Source of the DNA: Candidatus Elulimicrobium sp.
GTDB lineage: Bacteria > Omnitrophota > Gorgyraeia > Zapsychrales > Fredricksoniimonadaceae
Direction of reading: 5' to 3'
DNA length: 64,000 nt
Assembly: GCA_020720365.1 (NCBI GenBank)
Contig: DYOU01000001.1
Coordinates: 32,459 to 96,458, forward strand
In this document: piece by piece, positions 9,519 to 18,404 of the stretch
How the letters are laid out: each line of letters starts with the position of its first letter
Numbering within the stretch: the first letter of the stretch is position 1
Notes under the pieces: generated by a model
The model's database searches: none
What the model was told of the DNA's origin: nothing
The model's input: only the letters and a program-made list of their open reading frames with translations
Translations under genes and position numbers: made by a program

Positions 9519-10199
9519 ATGCCGTTTGTGATGATCTTGAGTATTATGGTTGTTGTTCTCCTTGGGGTTTTGGCGTTCCTTCTCTGGCGGATGCCGGGAA
9601 TAGGGTGGCGTCCTGTGGAAAAGAAACGTTCCGCTGCGGCTGTTCCTCCGTCCAAAGATTGGCAGGGGATCGCGGATCGGCTTGAAGGACGTGTGAACAG
9701 GCTGGAAGCGGATGCGCAGGATCTTCAGCGTCAGCTTCGGGACAAAGAAAAACAGGCACAGGAGTGGAAGGTTTCATGTGCCGGGATGCAGCAGAAGCTG
9801 GATCAGGAGAAAGCCTGGAGAGAAAAAGAGACAGCCGGTTCTCAAAAAGAAAGGCAGCAGGAGCGTTTGCTTCAGGAGGATCTGGCCAGGACACGTGAAG
9901 CGTTGAACCATGAATCAACTCAGCGGATCAGGCTTGAGGCGGAGCTTAAAGAGGCGCGACGTGTTAAAGAGGAACTTTCGCTGGCCGGGCGTACGCTGTC
10001 GTCGAGAGTTTTAGAACTTGAACGTCAGCTGGAGGCAGCGTTGAAAGAACTGAAATCGCTGCGGGAGGAAAATCTTAAGCTTCGCAAGAAGAATGAAGGG
10101 ACCCAATGGGTGGCGAAGGCTGATTATATACAGCTTGAGGCAGCGCTTAAATGCGTACGCCAGGAAGTTGAAGAGTTACGGGTAAAGAAAGAAATTTAA
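9519..10199 (+). CDS. Membrane-anchored coiled-coil protein (226 aa), unknown function
   Basis: N-terminal TM (ILSIMVVVLLGVLAFLLW) then E/R/L/Q-rich heptad-like sequence. Confidence 0.5.
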   Translation: MPFVMILSIMVVVLLGVLAFLLWRMPGIGWRPVEKKRSAAAVPPSKDWQGIADRLEGRVNRLEADAQDLQRQLRDKEKQAQEWKVSCAGMQQKLDQEKAWREKETAGSQKERQQERLLQEDLARTREALNHESTQRIRLEAELKEARRVKEELSLAGRTLSSRVLELERQLEAALKELKSLREENLKLRKKNEGTQWVAKADYIQLEAALKCVRQEVEELRVKKEI

Positions 10200-10213
10200 C
10201 GAGGAGCGGATTT

Positions 10214-11242
10214 ATGTCGTTTGATTATCGTCAGCGCCTGCCCGATGTGGCGGCTATTATGCAGGAACTTCCGGTCAGCCCGGCATTGCTGGAAGTAAAG
10301 CAGGAACGGGACAGGGAAGTTTCAGATATTATTAAAGGGAAGAGTGACCGGTTCCTTCTCATCATTGGCCCGTGTTCGGCGGACAATGAAGATTCGGTGT
10401 GTGAGTATGTGGCGCGTCTGGCGAAGTTGCAGAATCGCGTTAAAGAGAAGGTGATGTTATTGCCGCGCATTTATACCAATAAACCCCGGACGACCGGTAT
10501 TGGTTATAAAGGGATGGCGCATCAGCCTGATCCGAAGGATGAACCTAATATTGTTGAGGGGTTGATCGCCATTCGCAGGATGCATATTCGTGCCTTGATG
10601 GAGTCCGGCTTGAGCGCGGCCGATGAGATGTTGTATCCTTTCAATTATCCTTATCTGGAAGATGTCTTGAGTTATGTCGCGATCGGGGCACGGTCTGTTG
10701 AGAATCAGGAGCATCGTCTGACGGTGAGCGGCCTGGATATTCCCGCCGGGATGAAGAATCCTACGGGTGGCGATATGGGCGTTATGTTGAACTCGATCCG
10801 TGCGGGCCAGGCGCCGCATATCTTTTCTTATAACGGGTGGGAAGTGTCTACTTCAGGCAATGAGTTGACGCATGCGATCTTGCGTGGATATGTGAGTCCA
10901 TATGGCAGAAATATCCCTAATTATCATTATGAGGATATTACGCTCCTTCAGAAGATGACAGCCGAAGCGGGCATTAAAAATCCGTCGGTCCTCATCGATG
11001 TAAGCCATGCGAATTCCAATCGTCAGTTTGCTGAGCAGCCGCGTGTGGCAGTAGAAATCTTGCGGACGTTGGAGTATGCTCCGGAATTGCGCCGGTTTGT
11101 CCGTGGATTGATGATCGAAAGTTATCTGGTGGAGGGAGCTCAGTCGTCGACCGATTGTGTTTATGGCAAGTCGATCACAGATGCCTGCCTAGGGTGGGAG
11201 GACTCCGAGTCTTTGGTCCTGCGGATTGCGCAGATGCTTTAA
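10214..11242 (+). CDS. aroG: 3-deoxy-7-phosphoheptulonate (DAHP) synthase, class I-alpha (AroG/F/H type)
   Basis: LLIIGPCS, KPRTTGIGYKGM, IGARSVENQEHR, GKSITDACLGWEDSE all match the AroG family. Confidence 0.85.
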   Translation: MSFDYRQRLPDVAAIMQELPVSPALLEVKQERDREVSDIIKGKSDRFLLIIGPCSADNEDSVCEYVARLAKLQNRVKEKVMLLPRIYTNKPRTTGIGYKGMAHQPDPKDEPNIVEGLIAIRRMHIRALMESGLSAADEMLYPFNYPYLEDVLSYVAIGARSVENQEHRLTVSGLDIPAGMKNPTGGDMGVMLNSIRAGQAPHIFSYNGWEVSTSGNELTHAILRGYVSPYGRNIPNYHYEDITLLQKMTAEAGIKNPSVLIDVSHANSNRQFAEQPRVAVEILRTLEYAPELRRFVRGLMIESYLVEGAQSSTDCVYGKSITDACLGWEDSESLVLRIAQML

Positions 11243-11321
11243 TTCAGGAATATTTTGTCATGAGAACCGGTTGTGTACGACTAAATACTAACAGTTATTA
11301 AGCAGGTTCATTAACGTTCTC

Positions 11322-11828
11322 TTGAAAGGGGTTTATATGGTATCAAAGAATGTAGTCAAATTATTGAATGAGCAAGTGGCTCTTGAGTCTGAATCGTCGA
11401 ATATTTATTTGGCGATGGCGGTCTGGGCGGAGGTGAATGGCTGGAGAGGTACGGCCAAGTTTATGTATAAACAGGCTGAAGAAGAACGCGGGCATATGCA
11501 GAAGTTGATCAGTTTTTTGATGGATATCGGTGAGCCTGTCAGTATCGCCGGCATGAAGGATCCGGTCAATTCTTTTAAGGATATCGCGGAAGTTTTTGCT
11601 GTTTCTCTGAAGCATGAATTGAAATTGACGGCATCGATCCATAATATTATGACAGAAGCGCGCAGAACTAATGATTATGCGGCCACTAGTTTCTTGAAAT
11701 TCTTTGTTGATGAGCAGGTTGAAGAAGAGAGCAATATGGAGAAGATCATTCATCTGATCAAGAATGCTGGCCCGATCAGTCTGTATCTTGCGGACAAAGA
11801 GATCGGCGCGATGGTCGGAGGGGCGTAA
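11322..11828 (+). CDS. Non-heme ferritin (Ftn-like); probable true start at 11337
   Basis: LNEQVALESESSNIYLAMAVWAE...EERGHMQKL ferroxidase-site residues, ~165 aa. Confidence 0.75.
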   Translation: MKGVYMVSKNVVKLLNEQVALESESSNIYLAMAVWAEVNGWRGTAKFMYKQAEEERGHMQKLISFLMDIGEPVSIAGMKDPVNSFKDIAEVFAVSLKHELKLTASIHNIMTEARRTNDYAATSFLKFFVDEQVEEESNMEKIIHLIKNAGPISLYLADKEIGAMVGGA

Positions 11829-13001
11829 TTGTTTTCGCGGCGCACAAGCTGGGAACTTTCCGAGAACCCTTTGTCCCTGGCCCTTGCGGAACGCAAGGCG
11901 CTGGGACAGGGGGTTTTGGATCTTACGGAATCAAATCCGACGCGTGCGGGGGTCGGTTATCCGGTAGAAGCTATTCTGGCCGGGTTCAGTGATGCTCGTA
12001 ATTTGGTGTATTTACCTGAATCAAAAGGGCTGCTGCATGCCCGGGAGGCTGTGGCGGCGTATTTCAAGGTGCGGGGAAACCAGGTGCCTGTTGAACGGTT
12101 GATCCTGACGGCAAGCACGTCCGAATCGTATTCATTTCTGTTCCGTCTTTTGGCTGATCCGCATGACCGTGTGCTTTTGCCGGTGCCGAGTTATCCTCTT
12201 TTTGCTTATTTGGCGGATATTAACGATGTGGAGCCGGCGTATTATCAGCTTGATTTCGACGGTTTATCCTGGAACATTGATCTTGATTCTATCGAAGCGG
12301 CCGCCAGGAAAGGCCGGGTCAAGGCGGTTATCCTGGTAAGCCCGAATAATCCTACCGGGTCAGCCATCAAACCGGAGGAGCTGAAGGCCTTGAATGTCCT
12401 GTGCCTGCGTTATGGTATGGCGATCATTAGTGATGAGGTTTTTAGTGATTATCTCTTTGGCACTGCCAAGGAGCGCTATATCAGCCTGGCGTCTAATACG
12501 GAGGTATTGAGTTTTTCTTTAGGCGGGTTGTCGAAAGCACTTGCGCTTCCCCAGATGAAGTTGGGCTGGATCGCGGCGAACGGGCCTGCGGATGTTCTGT
12601 CCGAAGCTTTAGCGCGCCTTGATGTGATCACGGATACGTATTTGTCTGTTAATACTCCGGTCCAGAATGCCTGTGCCGGGTGGTTAACAATGGCGGGCGA
12701 GATTCAGCAGGGAGTATTGCGGCGGGTTAAGGGGAATCTTGAATTCCTGACGCAATCAGCAGAGAAGGCGGAAGTTTTCTTGTATCCAGTCGACGGTGGT
12801 TGGTATGCGGTCCTGCGGGCAGAGCTTGGTATGCCGGAAGATGAGTGGGCGGTTGCCTTGTTGAAAGATGGCGGAGTTTATGTTCATCCTGGATTTTATT
12901 TTGACTTTCCAGCTGAAGGCCATATTGTCCTTAGCCTTCTTCCTCAGCCGGAAATCTTTGAGGCCGGAGTTGATCGGCTTCTGGCTTTCTTAAAAAGCTG
13001 A
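11829..13001 (+). CDS. PLP-dependent class I/II aminotransferase (AspC/AlaA-like); TTG start per ORF track
   Basis: SPNNPTGS motif, SLGGLSKALALPQMKLGW (Lys region), ~390 aa. Confidence 0.8.
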   Translation: MFSRRTSWELSENPLSLALAERKALGQGVLDLTESNPTRAGVGYPVEAILAGFSDARNLVYLPESKGLLHAREAVAAYFKVRGNQVPVERLILTASTSESYSFLFRLLADPHDRVLLPVPSYPLFAYLADINDVEPAYYQLDFDGLSWNIDLDSIEAAARKGRVKAVILVSPNNPTGSAIKPEELKALNVLCLRYGMAIISDEVFSDYLFGTAKERYISLASNTEVLSFSLGGLSKALALPQMKLGWIAANGPADVLSEALARLDVITDTYLSVNTPVQNACAGWLTMAGEIQQGVLRRVKGNLEFLTQSAEKAEVFLYPVDGGWYAVLRAELGMPEDEWAVALLKDGGVYVHPGFYFDFPAEGHIVLSLLPQPEIFEAGVDRLLAFLKS

Positions 13002-13144
13002 TTTCTTGCGAATTCCAGGCAAAGCCATTCGGTAAAAATTCAAAGATAAGGTGAAGAAAAATTAATCGCCTGAAAACGCTGTTTTTTGGTAATATTGATG
13101 CCGCTTAAGCACGGGTTATATAATTATTAATAGGGAGGCGATGT

Positions 13145-13624
13145 ATGGCCAGACCAAGTTGGGACGAATATTTCATGAAATTGGCAATGATCGCCTCTGA
13201 GCGTGCGACGTGTCCCCGGATGCATTGCGGGTGTGTGCTTGTGAAAGACCGTGAGGTTATTGCTACCGGGTATAACGGATCGATCCCGGGTGATGATCAT
13301 TGTGAAGATGTGGGGTGTTTGATTGTTGAAAACCATTGTGTGCGCACGAATCATGCGGAAATGAATGCGATTGTTCAGGCGGCAAGAAAAGGCCATATTA
13401 TTGACGGGGCAACGGCGTATGTGACCAATATGCCCTGTACGACCTGCGCCAAGGCGCTGATCGCTGCCGGTGTCAAACGGGCAGTTATTTTCTCTGATTA
13501 TCATGATACTTTAGCGACAGATTTCTTTACGAAAGGGAATGTCCGGATCGATAAGATCCCCATGCCCTCCAAGCAGATCGTTTATGATCTGGAGAAGTAT
13601 ACATCGGCGAGGAAAGCTTCTTAA
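13145..13624 (+). CDS. dCMP deaminase (ComEB/cytidine-deoxycytidylate deaminase zinc-binding family)
   Basis: HAEMNAI ... PCTTCAKALIAAG zinc-binding motifs, 159 aa. Confidence 0.8.
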   Translation: MARPSWDEYFMKLAMIASERATCPRMHCGCVLVKDREVIATGYNGSIPGDDHCEDVGCLIVENHCVRTNHAEMNAIVQAARKGHIIDGATAYVTNMPCTTCAKALIAAGVKRAVIFSDYHDTLATDFFTKGNVRIDKIPMPSKQIVYDLEKYTSARKAS

Positions 13625-13640
13625 CGGCTTTAAGGTGACT

Positions 13641-14438
13641 ATGGAACGGATAACCAGCCTTCAGAATTCAGGGATCAAACGGGTCGTACGCCTGCGGACT
13701 AAAAAGACACGGGAAGCCAAAGGCCTTACGATCGTTGAGGGTGTGCGGGAAGTGCGGCAGGCATTGAATGCAGGAGGCAGGTTCGCGGGTGTTTATGTAT
13801 GCCGAGAAGGCGTTTATCATTGCCCCGAGGACCTTATTCTGGAGCTTGAATCAAGGCATATCCGGGTTTTTGATTCGGTGGGCAGTGTCTTCGGGAAGAT
13901 GTGCTATGGGGACAGGAAAGAGGGTGTATTGGCGCTTGTGGAGCAGCCCGAGCATAGGCTGGACGGGTTAAAGCTGTCTTTAAACCCGTTAGTCGTGGTT
14001 ATGGAACGGGTCGAGAAGCCCGGGAATTTGGGGGCAGTGCTGCGGACATGCGATGGAGCGGGAGTCGACGCATTGCTCGTGTGTGATGAGCAGACGGATG
14101 TTTATAATCCGAATGTAGTGCGTTCCAGCCTGGGGGCTGTTTTTACAGTTCCAACGATAACATGTTCCAGTAAAGAAGCGTTCGCGTTCCTTCAGGCCCG
14201 GGGGATCCGTTCGTATGCCGCGATCGTGCAGTCGCATGATTATTACTTCAAGAAGGATATGTCGGGCGCTTGCGCGATCGTGCTGGGCAGTGAACAGGAA
14301 GGGTTAAGTGACTTTTGGCGTCGGAATGCTGATGAAAAGGTGCGGATCCCTATGCAGGGCAAGGTTGACTCGTTGAATGTGTCTGTGAGTGCCGCGGTGA
14401 TGATTTACGAGGCTCTCCGGCAGAGGATAGTGGGATAA
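13641..14438 (+). CDS. TrmH/SpoU-family RNA 2'-O-methyltransferase
   Basis: MERITSLQNSGIKRV..., VMERVEKPGNLGAVLRTCDGAG, IVLGSEQEGLS, SLNVSVSAAV. ORF track start 13539 overlaps upstream gene; ATG 13641 is the likely start. Confidence 0.75.
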   Translation: MERITSLQNSGIKRVVRLRTKKTREAKGLTIVEGVREVRQALNAGGRFAGVYVCREGVYHCPEDLILELESRHIRVFDSVGSVFGKMCYGDRKEGVLALVEQPEHRLDGLKLSLNPLVVVMERVEKPGNLGAVLRTCDGAGVDALLVCDEQTDVYNPNVVRSSLGAVFTVPTITCSSKEAFAFLQARGIRSYAAIVQSHDYYFKKDMSGACAIVLGSEQEGLSDFWRRNADEKVRIPMQGKVDSLNVSVSAAVMIYEALRQRIVG

Positions 14439-14464
14439 GGAATATTCTGAAAGGCGCCTCATTT

Positions 14465-15667
14465 ATGAAATTAATGCTTTTTCTGTCGCATAACGGGATT
14501 CTTTCTCGCCGAAAAGCGTTTGAAGCCATCAAAAATGGCGCGGTCGCGGTGAATGGCCGGCTCAACCTGGAACCGTCAACGGATATTGATCCATTGAAGG
14601 ATCAGGTGCATTATCACGGCCGGCTGGTGAATGACAAGATATTTGAATATATCATCCTGAATAAACCCGACGGATATGTTACGACATGTGAGAAACAGTT
14701 TGGGCAGATGACGGTCATGGAATTATTGCCGAAGGAACTGAAGCATTTGCGTCCCGTTGGCCGGCTGGATCGGGATACCGAGGGTTTGATCCTTTTTACG
14801 AATGATGGAGAGTTGGCGAATCAGATGGCACACCCTTCATTTAATGTAGATAAAACATATTTTGTGCGGGTGCAGGGACAGTTGACTCCGGAAGCGGTGA
14901 AAAGCCTTCAGGAAGGTGTTATTCTAGATGACAGAAAGACTGCGCCGGCGCTTGTCCAGGTTTTTAAAGCGGACGCACATGAGAGTGAATATCAGATCAC
15001 GATCCATGAAGGCCGCAAGCATCAGGTGCGCTTGATGGGGGATGCGGTCGGTTTCCCGGTAGTTCACTTGAAGCGGCTGCGTCAAGGGCCGCTAGTCCTT
15101 GGGAGTTTGCCGTCGGGACAGTATCGTCGGCTTACGGAAGAGGAGGCCGCGCAGGTCCGGAATATCAAGCGCCTGGCGAATTCATATTCCAGGAATGCGC
15201 ATAAGAAAGAATTTCAGCCGCGAGTGGATGAACGCAAGCTTCAGGGCCGTCGCGGCCGTGGAGAGGTGAATAAGGAAGAGCGCTTGCGTCAGAACACGCG
15301 TGAACGGGAAGAAGAGCGCCGCCAGGTACTTCGCGATGACCGGCGTGGTCCTGTCCGCGGAAAGCACCGCCCGGATTATGTTTCCAGGGATAAGCAGCGT
15401 AGTAGTGAACGCCCTGTTGAAGGCCGCACAGAAGGTCGCCGTCCGCCTCGACCGGAATATTCTTCCCGTGACGGACACCGCAGTTCGCCAAGGCCTGCGC
15501 AGGGGCGCAGTGATGAACGCAGCCCTGCGGCGTTGAAACCGCTATTTTCGTCGAATTCAGAGAAGCGTCGTTATTCCAGTACGCGTGAATGGCATAGCGA
15601 TTCAGATGTGCACGCGCCCAAGAAAGAAACTCCCAAACAAAGACCGCCTCGCGGGCCACAAAGATAA
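14465..15667 (+). CDS. rluB: Pseudouridine synthase RluB/RsuA family (S4 domain + catalytic domain) with long Arg/Ser/Asp-rich repetitive C-terminal tail
   Basis: S4 motif at N-terminus, catalytic GRLDRDTEGLILFTNDG. C-terminal ~150 aa low-complexity R-rich region with ~25-aa direct repeat (RP.Y.SRD.(Q/H)RSS.RP). Confidence 0.8.
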   Translation: MKLMLFLSHNGILSRRKAFEAIKNGAVAVNGRLNLEPSTDIDPLKDQVHYHGRLVNDKIFEYIILNKPDGYVTTCEKQFGQMTVMELLPKELKHLRPVGRLDRDTEGLILFTNDGELANQMAHPSFNVDKTYFVRVQGQLTPEAVKSLQEGVILDDRKTAPALVQVFKADAHESEYQITIHEGRKHQVRLMGDAVGFPVVHLKRLRQGPLVLGSLPSGQYRRLTEEEAAQVRNIKRLANSYSRNAHKKEFQPRVDERKLQGRRGRGEVNKEERLRQNTREREEERRQVLRDDRRGPVRGKHRPDYVSRDKQRSSERPVEGRTEGRRPPRPEYSSRDGHRSSPRPAQGRSDERSPAALKPLFSSNSEKRRYSSTREWHSDSDVHAPKKETPKQRPPRGPQR

Positions 15668-15675
15668 GAAGAGAT

Positions 15676-17628
15676 ATGATCAGCCTAACTAATGTATCAA
15701 AGAATTTTGATGAACGTATGCTTATGGATAATGTCACCTTGAGCATTTTTCGCAATGAACGCATCGGCCTTACCGGACCCAATGGAGCCGGTAAAACGAC
15801 AATGTTCCATTTGATCCTGGGGGATATTCATCCGACCGACGGTAGTGTGATGATCCAGAAGGGGATAAAGATCGGGTACCTGCCGCAAGAGGCTCATTTT
15901 GATTCAGACCGAACGGTCATGGAAGAGGTCACTTCAGGGGATGAAGAGATCCGTAAGCTCCTGGATGAAAAGCATCGGATGGAAGAAGGCGGCCTTTGCG
16001 GAGAAGTGCGTTATGGGGATGTATTGGAAAAGTTGGAGCATTTGGGGATTTATGACCTGGAGCATAAGGCCGAAAAGATCCTGACGGGACTTGGCTTCAA
16101 GGAATTTGAGTTTACCAAGCCGATCGTTCAGCTTTCCGGCGGGTGGCAAATGCGCACCTTGTTGGCCAAGTTACTAACGTATAATTACGATCTGCTTTTG
16201 CTCGACGAGCCGACGAATTACCTGGATCTTGCCGCTACTTTATGGCTTAAAGAATATTTAGGCCGGTATCCGGGTTCTTTTGTAATGATCTCGCACGATA
16301 AGGTCTTTCTGAATGATGTTACCAATTATACGATCGTCCTTGAGAGCGGCAAGATGGTGAAGGTGAAAGGTAATTATGATACGTATGAGGCTCAGAAGGA
16401 TATCGAGTATCGCACGCTTGAAAAACGGATGAAGGTCATTGATAAGAAAAAAGACCAGCTGGAGCGGTTCACGAATCGGTTTCATGCGCAGCCGAACCGC
16501 GCTTCCGCCGTGCAGAACAAGATGAAAATGCTGGACAAGCTGGAAGATGAAAGTGTAGACCTTCCGCGGGCAAGGATGAGTATCAAGGAATTCTCTTTTC
16601 CGGAGACGACTGAAAGTGGCTATACCGTTATTAATCTGGAGCATGTCAAAAAATCGTATCCGGATAAAACGATCTATACAGACCTGAATTTTGAGATCAC
16701 CAAAGGGCAGAAAGTTTGCCTTGTTGGCCCGAACGGTGCTGGTAAGTCAACATTGCTCAAGATATTGGCGGACGTTATTCCCTTTGATGGCGGTACGCGC
16801 CGCCTGGGGCATGGGGTTAAGATGGGATACTTTTCCCAGACCAGGCTGGATGTTCTGAATCCGAACCGGTCGGCATTGGAAGAGTTGCTGAGCGCTGTCG
16901 GCGGAAGTTTCCCACAGACACAGGCGCGCAACTTGCTGGGTATGTTCAATTATCATGGAGATGATGTGTTCAAGCCTGTAGCCGTCCTTTCCGGCGGTGA
17001 AAAGAGCCGCCTGATCCTGGCTAAATTGTTGATTAACCCACCGAACCTGATCCTTCTGGATGAGCCGACAACGCATTTAGATGTGGCGGGGGTTGAAGCG
17101 CTAGTGAAAGCATTGAAGAATTATAAAGGGACGTTATGTTTTATCAGTCACGATCTTTTTTTTCTGCGAGAGATCGCTAATCATGTCGTTGAAGTTGACG
17201 GCGGAGATATTCGCCAGTATCCTGGCGGCCTTGATTATTATTTGGACAAGAAACAAGGGCGCGCCTCCGAAGCGGCGGAAGAGGCCAGGAAAGCGGCGGC
17301 ACGCCAGGCCTATGAAGCGCAGAAAAAACCCAAGAGCGATCCTCATGAGCCGGAGCATTTACGCGCGGCCCGTCAGAAGCATGAACTGGCGCTTAAACGG
17401 ATCCAGGAGATCAAAAATCGGATCAAGATGATTGAAAAAGAAGAGAAAGACCTTGAGACGGAGACTTATGTAAAATCCCGCGTAATGAGCACTTCGTTCA
17501 GCGGCCGGGGCAGGGAAGATGTTGTGGAATGCGGCCGTCGTTTGAAAGAGATCCAGCTAAAGTTGCGCGAGCTGGGTACGGAACGCAGCCGGCTGATCGA
17601 GGAGCGCGACAGGATCAATCAGAATTAA
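15676..17628 (+). CDS. ABC-F family ATPase (tandem ABC domains, no TMD; Uup/EttA-like) with C-terminal coiled coil
   Basis: Two Walker A (GPNGAGKT, GPNGAGKS) and two signature LSGG motifs (LSGGWQ, LSGGEKSR). 650 aa. Confidence 0.85.
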   Translation: MISLTNVSKNFDERMLMDNVTLSIFRNERIGLTGPNGAGKTTMFHLILGDIHPTDGSVMIQKGIKIGYLPQEAHFDSDRTVMEEVTSGDEEIRKLLDEKHRMEEGGLCGEVRYGDVLEKLEHLGIYDLEHKAEKILTGLGFKEFEFTKPIVQLSGGWQMRTLLAKLLTYNYDLLLLDEPTNYLDLAATLWLKEYLGRYPGSFVMISHDKVFLNDVTNYTIVLESGKMVKVKGNYDTYEAQKDIEYRTLEKRMKVIDKKKDQLERFTNRFHAQPNRASAVQNKMKMLDKLEDESVDLPRARMSIKEFSFPETTESGYTVINLEHVKKSYPDKTIYTDLNFEITKGQKVCLVGPNGAGKSTLLKILADVIPFDGGTRRLGHGVKMGYFSQTRLDVLNPNRSALEELLSAVGGSFPQTQARNLLGMFNYHGDDVFKPVAVLSGGEKSRLILAKLLINPPNLILLDEPTTHLDVAGVEALVKALKNYKGTLCFISHDLFFLREIANHVVEVDGGDIRQYPGGLDYYLDKKQGRASEAAEEARKAAARQAYEAQKKPKSDPHEPEHLRAARQKHELALKRIQEIKNRIKMIEKEEKDLETETYVKSRVMSTSFSGRGREDVVECGRRLKEIQLKLRELGTERSRLIEERDRINQN

Positions 17629-17642
17629 AAGGGCGCGGAGCC

Positions 17643-17900
17643 ATGAAACTTAAACTGGACCTTCATCGTGTTTTTTCCAATGGCAGCGCTATTGAGTCGG
17701 CCTTGCATGAAATTATGGGCGAAGCCATTGAGAAGCGTGCGGAATATGTGGAAATTATTCCTGGTAAAGGCAGTGGGCAGTTAAAGAAATCTGTGCTGCG
17801 GTTTCTGGAGAAAGAATATAAAGGCCGTTATACGCGCATTGAGAAGGATGACAAGAATTTCGGGCGGCTGTTTGTGCATTTTAACTGGAACAAGCTTTAA
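17643..17900 (+). CDS. Smr-domain protein (small MutS-related nuclease domain)
   Basis: LDLHRV...VEIIPGKGSGQLKKSVLRFL matches Smr core. ATG at 17643 is in-frame within the longer ORF-track ORF. Confidence 0.65.
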   Translation: MKLKLDLHRVFSNGSAIESALHEIMGEAIEKRAEYVEIIPGKGSGQLKKSVLRFLEKEYKGRYTRIEKDDKNFGRLFVHFNWNKL

Positions 17901-17904
17901 AATG

Positions 17905-17935
17905 TAAAAAACCCTTCTTGCGAAGGGTTTTTTAG
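17905..17935. terminator. Bidirectional rho-independent terminator (AAAAAACCCTTC-ttgc-GAAGGGTTTTTT)
   Basis: Perfect 8-bp GC-containing stem with A-run upstream and T-run downstream. Sits between convergent Smr (+) and micro-peptide (-) genes. Confidence 0.65.
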
Positions 17936-17952
17936 TAAAGAATAAAAGATGG

Positions 17953-18039
17953 TTACTTCTTCTTTGCAACTTTTTTAACAGCCTTCTTTGGAGCTTTTTT
18001 TGAAGCTTTGGTGGAACATTTTGATGTGCAGCAAGCCAT
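17953..18039 (-). CDS. Micro-ORF encoding 28-aa Lys/Ala-rich peptide MACCTSKCSTKASKKAPKKAVKKVAKKK
   Basis: Strong SD (GAAAGGAGAAAACATC-ATG), followed by the bidirectional terminator. Paralogous to the 18198-18266 micro-ORF. The ORF track lists a longer 70-aa version, but the SD favours the internal ATG. Confidence 0.5.
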   Translation of the reverse strand: MACCTSKCSTKASKKAPKKAVKKVAKKK

Positions 18040-18043
18040 GATG

Positions 18044-18079
18044 TTTTCTCCTTTCATGATGTTGAATATCTGAAATAAT
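18044..18079 (-). terminator. Rho-independent terminator downstream of second micro-peptide gene (AGCCCCCT-loop-AGAGGGCT + T7 on minus strand)
   Basis: Hairpin read from sequence 18049-18073 with poly-T on the minus-strand transcript. Confidence 0.5.
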
Positions 18080-18197
18080 ACTATCATGGGCAAGAAGTAT
18101 GGTAAAAGGAAAAAGTGATTTTCTGATGCAGAGGGTATAAATAAAAAAAGCCCTCTAAATGACATAGGGGGCTTCTTTTATACCTGAAGAAGATCTT

Positions 18198-18266
18198 TTA
18201 CTTCTTTTTTGCAACTTTCTTGACAGGCTTCTTGACAGCTTTTTTTACGGGTTTCTTAACAGCCAT
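18198..18266 (-). CDS. Micro-ORF encoding 22-aa Lys-rich peptide MAVKKPVKKAVKKPVKKVAKKK (VKKP/AKK repeats)
   Basis: SD AAAGGAGAAATCAAT-ATG, own terminator downstream, AT-rich promoter region upstream. Below the ORF-track size cutoff. Confidence 0.5.
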   Translation of the reverse strand: MAVKKPVKKAVKKPVKKVAKKK

Positions 18267-18404
18267 ATTGATTTCTCCTTTCTTGAGGTTTTTTGTAACC
18301 TGTAATTATATTAACACGCGATAAAATAGATTCAAAAAATATTTCATTTTATTTAAGAAGAATTTAAATAAAAATATTTTTTTCTCGACGGGGGGAAAAA
18401 CATA

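Noticed and set aside
11243-11321. Fur box upstream of the ferritin gene
   Set aside because: No convincing match to GATAATGATAATCATTATC; only scattered AT-rich hexamers.
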